64,000 bases of DNA from the NCBI RefSeq assembly GCF_963921235.1, contig NC_086108.1, positions 34,784,001 to 34,848,000 of the forward strand, read 5' to 3'. Under the pieces are notes generated by a model. It had not been told where the DNA came from, did no database searches, and saw only the letters and a list, made by a program, of their open reading frames with translations. Shown here one piece after another: positions 54,770 to 64,000 of the stretch. The first letter of the stretch is position 1. Every line of letters begins with the position of its first letter. The translations under genes were made by a program, and so were the position numbers. The stretch comes from Mobula hypostoma (Eukaryota).

Positions 54770-56522
54770 TTCCATCTAGCTATCATCCTTATCACCTGTC
54801 CAACCTCACCTCTATCTACCTATCATCCTTATCACCTGTCCAACCTCACCTCCATCTACCTATCATCCTTATCACCTGTCCAACCTCACCTCCATCTACC
54901 TGTCATCCTTATCACCTGTCCAACCTCACCTCCATCTACCTATCATCCTTATCACCTGTCTGACACCACACCTCCATCTACCTATCATCCTTATCACCTG
55001 TCCAACCTCACCTCTATCTACCTATAATCCTTATCACCTGTCCAACCTCACCTCCATCTACCTATCATTCTTATCACCTGTCCAACCTCACCTCCATCTA
55101 CCTATCATCCTTATCACCTGTCCAACCTCACCTCCATCTACCTGTCATCCTTATCACCTGTCCAACCTCACCTCCATCTACCTATCATCCTTATCACCTG
55201 TCTGACACCACACCTCCATCTACCTATCATCCTTATCACCTGTCCAACCTCACCTCCATCTACCTATCATCCTTATCACCTGTCCAACCTCACCTCCATC
55301 TACCTATCATCCTTAGAAAGTGTCCAACCTCACCTCCATCTACCTATCATCCTTATCACCTGTCCAACCTCACCTCCATCTACCTATCATCCTTATCACC
55401 TGTCCAACCTCACCTCCATCTACCTATCACCCTCAGCACCTGTCCAACCTCACCTCCATCTACCTATCATCCTTATCACCTGTCTGACACCACACCTCCA
55501 TCTACCTATCATCCTTATCACCTGTCTGACACCACACCTCCATCTACCTATCATCCTTATCATCTGCCCAACCCTCTTCCATCTACCTGTCATCCTTAGA
55601 AAGTGTCCAACCCTACCTTCATCTACCCATCATCCTTAGCACCTGTCCACACCTACTCCTCCATCTACCTATCATCCTTAGCACCTGTCTAAACCCCTCC
55701 TCCATCTACCTATCATCCTTTGCACCTGCCTGACCACCCCCTCCATCTACCTATCATCCTTAGCACCTGCCCAAACCCCTCCTCCATCTACCTATCATCC
55801 TTATCACCTGCCCAAACCCCTCCTCCATCTACCTATCATCCTTATCACCTGCCTGACCACCCCACTCCATCTACCTATCATCCTTAGCACCTGCCCAAAC
55901 CCCCTTCTCCATCTACCTATCATCCTTAGCACCTGCCCAAACCCCCTTCAACATCTACCTATCATCCTTATCATCTGCCCAAACCCCCTTCTCCATCTGC
56001 CTATCATCCTTAGCACCTGCCCAAACCCCCTTCTCCATCTACCTATCATCCTTATCATCTGCCCAAACCCCCTCTCCATCTACCTATCATCCTTAGCACC
56101 TGCCCAAACCCCCTTCTCCATCTACCTATCACCCTCAGCACCTGCCCAAACCCCCTTCTCCATCTCCCTATCATCCTTAGCACCTGCCCAAACCCCCTTC
56201 TCCATCTACCCATCATCCTTAGCACCTGCCCAAACCCCCCTCTCCATCTACCCATCATCCTTAGCACCTGCCCAAACCCCCTTCTCCATCTACCCATCAT
56301 CCTTAGCACCTGCCGAAACCCCCTTCTCCATCTACCCATCATCCTTAGCACCTGCCCAAACCCCCTTCTCCATCTACCTATCATCCTTATCATCTGCCCA
56401 AACCCCCTTCTCCATCTACCTATCATCCTTATCACCTGCCCAAACCCCCTTCTCCATCTACCTATCATCCTTAGCACCTGCCCAAACCCCCTTCTCCATC
56501 TACCTATCATACTTAGCACCTG
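54770..56522. repeat. Minisatellite, about 43 units of 40-42 bp
   Basis: Left consensus CCATCTACCTATCATCCTTATCACCTGTCCAACCTCACCT (40 bp); right consensus CCATCTACCTATCATCCTTAGCACCTGCCCAAACCCCCTTCT (42 bp). Confidence 0.98.
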
Positions 56523-57032
56523 CCAGCTCTTGTTACACTCCCTTCCCCCCCATCACTTTATGTGCGGCCACCTCTACGCTTATCTTTCAGTCCAGATGAA
56601 AGGTTTTGAACCAAAATTTTGACTGAATATTCCCTTTCACAGATACTGCCTGACCTGTTGAGTTCCTTCCTTGAGAGCTTTATCTTTGTAACTGCTGATC
56701 CCTAAGTGCAATGTTTGAAATAAAAAAACAAATAAGAGAGTGCTAGAAATACTCTCCAGGCTACGGAACATCTGTTAGCGAGAGAAAATGAGAGCTGATG
56801 TTTCAGGTTCATCGTCTTTGCTCAGACTGGGAACAATTCAAAAGTCGAACATGGTCTTAAGTTGCAGAGAAGGGGCAAGATGGAAGGAACAAAGAGAAGG
56901 CCTTATGAGATCAAGTCAGATTGATTGACTTCCTTGGTGGTGGAAAAAGAAGAAAGAGGGAGACACAAGTGTCTTAGTTTCAAGTGGTTTCATCTGAAGG
57001 AGATGTAAGTTAAGATGAATGCAAATAGAGGA

Positions 57033-57410
57033 GTCATCATTATCATTATGTGCTGTTTCATATGACGTGGGCAATCGTGATCTCATGACCATGATTGAAC
57101 TGGGCAAATTTTTCTACAGAAGTGGTTTGCCATTGCCTTCTTCTGGGCAGTGTCTTTACAGGACTGGTGACCAGAGCCATTATCAATACTCTTCCAGGAT
57201 TTTCCACCTGGCGTCAATGGTCACATAAGCAGGACTTGTGATACGCACCAGCTGCTCATGCGACCATCCACCACCTGCTCCCATAGCTTCACGTGCCCTG
57301 ATCAGGGAACTAAGCAAGTGCTACACCTTGCCCAAGGGTGACCTGCAGACTAGCGGAGGGAAGGAGCACCTTACACCTCCTTTGATAGAGGTGTATCTCC
57401 ACCCCACCAC
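57033..57410 (-). mobile_element. Short non-autonomous RTE-related retroposon
   Basis: Minus strand GAAGAAGGCAATGGCAAACCACT resembles the Bov-A/BovB terminal motif; short (ATGATA)n tail; no ORF. Confidence 0.65.
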
Positions 57411-59139
57411 CCATATCTCCACCCTACTACCCCACCAAGTAGAGGAGTAAAGAGAAAACAAAATCAGATATGATGCACTATTTACTGGAAATCTGGAAAA
57501 AGAATTCTGGGGACTCTCAGCAAATCAGGCAGCAAATGCCAAGAGGGAAAAACAGAAAGTTAATGTTTCAGCTGATAGCCCTTCATCAGAACTGGATAGT
57601 TCTGACAAATCAACATGGGTGTTTATCTGTTGGATTCAGCATCGTCTTTAAGTGCTAGAGTCTATACTTCGCCAAATTAGAAGTCAGTGCTTGATTTTTC
57701 TAATACCTTGTGAAAATTAAAATACATACTGTGAAACAAATAAACATAAAATGAACAGCTGATAACATTTCAACACAGTCCACAGGTTCCTTGTGGAAAC
57801 AGCAAATGGCTTGAAAATGAGATCTTGGAGTCATCAAGTACTGGGGAGTCACAATTCATTTTCCCTGGAATATTGAACTATAGGGAAGCTTTGGCTTTTA
57901 CTGATTTTATCCGAAGAAAAGCTGCCCAGAAGACATCATTAAAGACATTTGCACTGATCAAAGTCAATTGGCAACTTGGCAACCTAGTGTATTTTACTAT
58001 GCCAATATTGTATGTTTAATTTAAGATTACAACTGTTAAAATGCACATTTTGTGCTTGGACCTCAGAGAGATGGTATTGAATGTGGAACAGAATAGGTTC
58101 GTGAGTGGGTAACTCGCAATAAGGAAGAGGAAGCAAGTTAGCAAAAACACAGGGCGTGATGATGGATGGCTTTGAATGCCTGGATACTGTTTACTGTGTT
58201 ACCAATTTAGTTGCAATTTATCTTGGAATTGGAAAACTGGATTTGCATGGGCAGTTTGTTTTGATTTTGCCAAGCAGTGATAATAACAATAAAATCACAA
58301 ATTAAACCAAAAACAAAAAAAAAATGATATTGAAGCCTTGCTTGTAAGTCCATGTTATGCAGTGTTTTAATTAATATTCACACTTTAAAAATCTCCCCAT
58401 TAAATCCATACTTTCCATTAAAAACATACTTGCAAATCCCAGCCTCATTTTCTCTTCATGATGGTAATGAACTGCTCAAATATAGAGGCTTAGTATTGCA
58501 AATTCTTCTTTAAAAATCTTTCGGAATTACATTGAGATTGCTGGACTGTCTGGCCTACGTGGCAGCATGTTCATACTCGGGAAAGCAATGCCCATTTCAT
58601 TTAGTTTCTGTATAGATATGGCCACAAGGTCGTCCATTCACTGTGAAAACTATTACCAACTTCCTGATTGTGGGCAGCCGTTTCAGTGTGGTTTGATCAG
58701 TTTAAAGGCATGTATTGACTTCATTCTTGAAGGTGTGACCCGAAGTTTAACATTTATAACTGATGCCCAGCAGACACCTTACACTCTTGCTACCAATCCA
58801 CACAGCTCACTGTCTCCACCACCAGTCCTGCGTTTGCCCCATGCTTTGAAACATTGAATCGTGTTGTACATCAAGATACCGAGCGCCGCTGTCAATGAAT
58901 GTCGTTTCTCAACACTCTGTTAAATACTGCTAGCACTTTTCAATATTAAGAAGCCACAGGAATTCAAGATTGTTTTTGCCCTGTATTATTACCAGCTGGG
59001 GCTCGAAAAGTAGAAATAAACTGGAATATTTGCAGCAGAGAAGGAGGCCATTTGGTGTATCAGACAGCTGCTGACTTCCTGGAGGCACCTCTTCCAAATG
59101 TTTTTTAAAGTATCTGTCAACAGCCCTCTTAAAAGAACT

Positions 59140-60880
59140 ATTATAGCATCATAGAGCATATATGGAATGGATTGCCAACGGCAGTGATGGGGGCAGAAAC
59201 GATAGGGTCTTTTAAGAGACTCCTGGATGGCTACATGGAGCTTAGAAAAAGAGAGGGCTATGGGTAAAGCCAAGGTAGTTCTAAGGTAGGGACATGTTCG
59301 GCACAGCTTTGCGGGCTGAAGGGCCTGTATTGTGCAGTATGTTTTCTATGTTTCTACATAGTACAAAAGCAAGTCCTTCAGCCCATCTACTCTATTCCGA
59401 CCTGTTTTTTTGCTAGGCCTATCTACCCGCATCCAGGTCATAGCCTTCAATTCCCCTTTCATCCATGTGAATATCCAAACTTCTCTTAAGTGTTGCAGTT
59501 GAATCCACCACCTCTGCTGACAGCTTGTTCCACACTCACACCACTCTCGGAGTGAAGACATTTCCCCTCAGATTCCCTAAAACATTACACCTTTCACCCT
59601 TAACTTCTGACTAATCTAAGTTAAGATACTTGAGGAGTATAAGAAATGCAAGAGAGCACTGAAGAAGGAAATCAAGTGGGCCAAAAGAAGGCATGAGGTT
59701 GCAAAAGCAGACAAGGTGCAGGAGAATCCTAAAGGCTTCTACAGATATATTAAGAGCAAAAGGTTAGCAAAGGACAAAATTGTTCCATAGGAAGGCCAGA
59801 GTGATAATATGTGTGCAGTTGAAAGAGAGGTGGGGGAGATCTTAAATGGATATTTTTTGCATCTGTATTTACTGGGAGTATGAACACAGAGTCTATAGAG
59901 GTGAGGCAAAGCAGCACTGAGGTCATGGACCCTATACAGATTACAGAGGAGGAGGTGTTTGCTTTTTTGAGGCAAATTAGGGTGGATAGATCCACAGGTC
60001 CTGACCATGTGTTCCCTTGGATCCAGTGGGAAGCTAGTGTAGAGATTGCAGGGGACTAGCAAAGATATTTAAAACATCCTTAGCCACGGCTGAGGTGCCG
60101 GGGGATTGGAGGATAGCTAATGTTGAGTACAGTCGTTGGGATATTATGCTGAAATTGCCTAAGACGGTTGGTGAGGCCGAAGTTGGAGTATTGTGTGCAG
60201 TATTAGTTACTTACCTACAGGAAAGATGTAACTAAGGTTGAAAGAGTGTAGAGAAAATTTACAAGAAATTTGCCAGGACTTGAGGATCTGAGTTATACGG
60301 AAAGGTTAAATAGGTTAGGGCTTTAGTCCCTAGACCGCAGAAGATTGAGAGGAGATTTGATAGAGGTATGCAAAATTATGAGAGGTGTAGATAAGGTAAA
60401 TGCAAGCAGGCTTTTTCCACTGTGATTGGGCGGGACTACAACCAGAGGTCATGGGTTAAGGGTGAAAGGTGAAATGTTTTAAGGGGAGCATGAGGGGGAA
60501 CTTCTTCGCTCAGAGAGTGGTGAGAGTGTGGATTGAATTGCCGCGCACGCAAGTGGCGGCTGTGGGTTTGATTTCAACATTTAAGAGCAATTTGGACAGG
60601 TACATGAATAGGAGGGGCATGAGATCTATGGTCTTGAAGCAGGTCGATGGAATTAGGTAAATTAATGCTTTGGCATGAACTAAATGGGACAAAGGACCAA
60701 TTTCTGTGCCGTAGTGTTCTATGACTCTCTGACCTCTGGTTCTAGTCTCATCCAACCTCAGTGGAAAAAGACTGCTGATATTTACCCTATCTATACCCTT
60801 CATAATTTTGTATACTTTTATCAAATCTCTCCTCATTCTCCCACACTTCAGGGAATACAGTCCTAACCAATTCAAACAGT
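59140..60880. mobile_element. Cluster of CR1 fragments in both orientations
   Basis: Plus copy ~59630-60725 (KENPKGFYRYI-like start, GNFFAQRVVRVW end, internal deletion), minus pieces ~59360-59620 and ~60730-60880, plus 3' tail 59160-59356. Confidence 0.8.
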
Positions 60881-60884
60881 TTAA

Positions 60885-61650
60885 CTAACCTGCATTTCAG
60901 GGCCCTGTTCTGTCTTAAACATGGGCAGGAAATGTCCACATCACACGATTTGTACCAGCAGGCCAACCTCCAGAGCACCATATAACATCAAAGATGTAAG
61001 TGTTCTGCAGGTTGCTCGGGATTGGAAAATGGACGTGGACTTGGAAAAAAAGCTTGTGTTTCCCCTAGACATTGCGGCTACAGCACTCCGGCCAGACATG
61101 GTCCTGTGGTCCACAACAGCTAAGCTGGCATATGTTGTGGAATTGACAGTACCATGGGAAGATGGTGTCGATGAAGCTTATGAGAGGAAAAAGACCAAGT
61201 ACTCTGAACTGGCCACTGAAGCTGCCCAGAATGGCTGGAAGACCAAGATTTTCCCTGTAGAAGTGGGATGCAGGGGATTCGTTGCTACATCTACGACCAG
61301 TCTATTGAAGAAGATGGGAGTGAGAGGTCACTCCCTCCAACAAGCAGTCAAGTCCTTGTCAAATGCAGCAGAAGAAAGCAGCAATTGGATTTGGATTAAA
61401 AGGAAAGACAACAACTGGGCTGCAAGATGAAGACAGGAGGGTATGGAACTGAGGGGGGTGTATCTGGGACACCAGGTAGCACCGTTGAGCCCTCTGGAGA
61501 CGTCGTGGGCTTATCAACGAAACGTCAAAGAAGGAGGGTGCCCACCTGATGACCCCAATGACGTACCTACCCTCCCTCTTTGTCACCACTCCAAGCCTAC
61601 TGCCAACGTCAAGAGTGCCAATTTGCCCTAGGGATTGAAACATCAAGTCC
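60885..61650 (+). mobile_element. 3' fragment of an RLE-type non-LTR retrotransposon (HERO/R2-like)
   Basis: ORF 60921-61430 with LRPDMVLWS...VVELTVPWE...AYERKKTKY...PVEVGCRGF, a PD-(D/E)xK restriction-like endonuclease signature. Confidence 0.85.
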
Positions 61651-61855
61651 TATTAGCTCTACTACTACTTAGCTGCTTTATAAGATTGAGGGTGGTAAGG
61701 GCAGGTAAAATGATATTTAGCTTACAAGGCCATAGGGAACAGGCATGGAAGATGAGCTGAGGCCTGGGACAATCGGCCTTGACCATATTAGATTAGATTA
61801 GATTATGAGGACATACAGTCCTCTTTTATTGTCATTTAGTAATGCATGCATTAAG

Positions 61856-62370
61856 AAATAGAAACATAGAAACATAGAAACATAGAAAATAGGTGCAGGA
61901 GTAGGCCATTCGGCCCTTCGAGCCTGCACCGCCATTTATTATGATCATGGCTGATCATCCAACTCAGAACCCAGCCTTCCCTCCATACCCCCTGACCCCT
62001 GTAGCCACAAGGGCCATATCTAACTTCCTTTTAAACATAGCTAATGAACTGGCCTCAACAGTTTGCTGTGGCAGAGAATTCCACAGATTCACCACTCTCT
62101 GTGTGAAGAAGTTTTTCCTAACCTCGGTCCTAAAAGGCTTCCCCTCTATCCTCAAACTGTGACCCCTCGTTCTAGACCTCCCCAACATCGGGAACAATCT
62201 TCCTGCATCTAGCCTGTCCAATCCCTTTAGGATCTTATACGTTTCAATCAGATCCCCCCTCAATCTTCTAAATTCCAACGAGTACAAGCCCAGTTCATCC
62301 AGTCTTTCTTCATATGAAAGACCTGCCATCCCAGGAATCAATCTAGTGAACCTTCTTTGTACTCCCTCTA
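61856..62370 (-). mobile_element. Young CR1 3' fragment nested in another LINE tail (~61787-62540)
   Basis: Open frame IEGVQRRFTRLIPGMAGLSYEERL...NFFTQRVVNLWNSLP with (CTATGTTT)n tail; host element ends in (CTAAT)n at 61787-61805. Confidence 0.9.
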
Positions 62371-64000
62371 TGATACAGTATTCCTCCGGTGTGATATCAC
62401 AGAAACACAGGACAGACCAAGACTGAAAAACTGACAAAAACCACATATTCATAACATATAGTTACATCAGTGCAAGCAGTACCATAACTTGATGAAGAAC
62501 AGGCCATGGGCACGGTAAAAAAGTTCAAAGTCTCTCAAAAATATTGACTCAAGGGGCAGGTTCGAAGAGCCAGATGGCCTTTTCCTGGTCCCGTCATCTT
62601 GTGGGTTCTTAAGCTGTGCTCGCTATGTGTTAAAAGTGGAAATGCCATAGCGTCCAGTCTTTTGATGTCAATCTTGACCCCAATTTAAGCATCTGTCTAC
62701 AATTCTGCTGAAAGGTGACCATTTGCTCTTGCATAACATCTTCTCTCTCTCTCCATCTGTTTTGAAACAGCCAGCAACAGTGAGAAACTACAGCATTCAG
62801 ACCAGAGCGAAAATTGGCTCAGGATGAGTATTTACTTGTACATACTGTGCAGGTTCATTATCCCATCAGTCTATTGTAGCCGTTTGAAAAGGTTTCATAA
62901 ATCACTGTCATTCTGTAGCAGCCCAGAGTGGTTTGCAGGAGCACTGAAGAATGACTGGAATGTGCACTAACTAATGCCTGGGGAGTTGTGCAGGACAAGG
63001 GTTCAGAGAGAAATGACAGCTTCTCGTTAAACCGATGTTTTTTTTTAAGAGTTTGGTTTAAAAGGGAGTCACTTTGACAAGACTTCTTTTGAAAAGGAGA
63101 ATTGTTACAAAGAATTTTGTGTTGTCTCTTTTTGTCTTGCTTACTGTTTCATTTGGTAGATGATGAGATATGATAGGCACTTTCATCCGACTGAATTTAT
63201 GACTACTCTAGTGCGACTCCATTACAATGAAATCAGAATGTGCCTATGGTAATGTGACTGGGATTGAGGGTGCTAGTCATTTCCTAGTTATAAAAGCAGA
63301 AATTGCTATAGGTCAGCAAGGTTACATGCTGGGCACAACATTGTGGGCCAAAGGGCCTGTAATGTGCTGTAGATTTCTATGCTGTATGTTCTATGATGGA
63401 AGAGTCGTCTACCTGAAAGGTTAACTGTTTCTTTTTCCACAGAGGCTGCCTAACCTGTTGAGTGTTTACAGCATTTTCTGTTTTATTTCTGATTTCCAGC
63501 ATTTGCAGTGTTTTTGATTAGCTTAGTTCTCGCCACACCTTTGCATCTATTAATTCAGCCTATGATAGCAAAGCTGTCTGCATATTTAATTGCTAGAGTT
63601 TATTAATAGATGGTGCTTTTCTAATACCTAAGTACACTTAGCTTCAGTTGTGTTCCTCCTTCAAGAGGAAGTGTCCAAAACTCTGTTTGTTATTGTGCTG
63701 AAAATATTGTTGTCTTATACTTTTAGCTAAAACAAAAATCTTATCCTCTACATCTGTGTTTGAAATGGTTTCCAATCTTCAATTTATAATTTGGAAAGGG
63801 AATTTCAGCACAGCACTTGGATTTAATCAAAGCTATCATTACTCTCTAATTAGTTGTAGGTTACAATAGTCCAAAGCTAAATAACATGTTGACAAGGGGT
63901 ACGGTTTAATTTAAATTCTCTCCTGATCCCCACATCCATTGATTCACATTGTGTCCAAAATATGTATTCAGCATATTCAACAACATGCCACCAGATTCAG

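Noticed and set aside
56055..56519. 154 aa ORF of 14-residue repeats (GRWRRGFGQVLRMI)
   Set aside because: A by-product of the 42 bp unit being a multiple of three. It is antisense and intronic, and the frame closes in neighbouring units.
54770..56522. CRISPR-like regular array
   Set aside because: No unique spacers and no cas genes; the context is a vertebrate intron.
62740..62980. Possible next NOS1AP exon after a strong pyrimidine tract and cag at 62770
   Set aside because: The required phase 0 frame stops after 18 codons, and no frame shows the expected HHQMQLLQQ/QTQVAVAQ-like sequence. The next exon probably lies beyond the window.

Overview
Vertebrate genomic DNA. The repeat content (Penelope, CR1/HER1, V-SINE, Rex-Babar) suggests a cartilaginous fish, probably a ray; this is inference from family resemblance. 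The window lies entirely inside one + strand gene, NOS1AP (CAPON) or a close paralogue. Three coding exons are readable with GT-AG sites and a continuous frame: 4021-4129, 28228-28369 and 40302-40459. The introns hold many mobile elements: a full-length TSD-flanked L1, a chromodomain Gypsy remnant, Tigger and hAT non-autonomous elements, Rex-Babar, CR1, RTE and HERO fragments, several SINEs and a 1.75 kb minisatellite. The most interesting signal is a set of minimal type I hammerhead ribozyme motifs in Penelope terminal repeats. Several lie in TSD-flanked fold-back insertions, and one intact copy sits in the loop of a ~50 bp hairpin on the pre-mRNA strand. Most short ORFs in the track are repeat-derived or random. 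Boundaries of old repeats are approximate.
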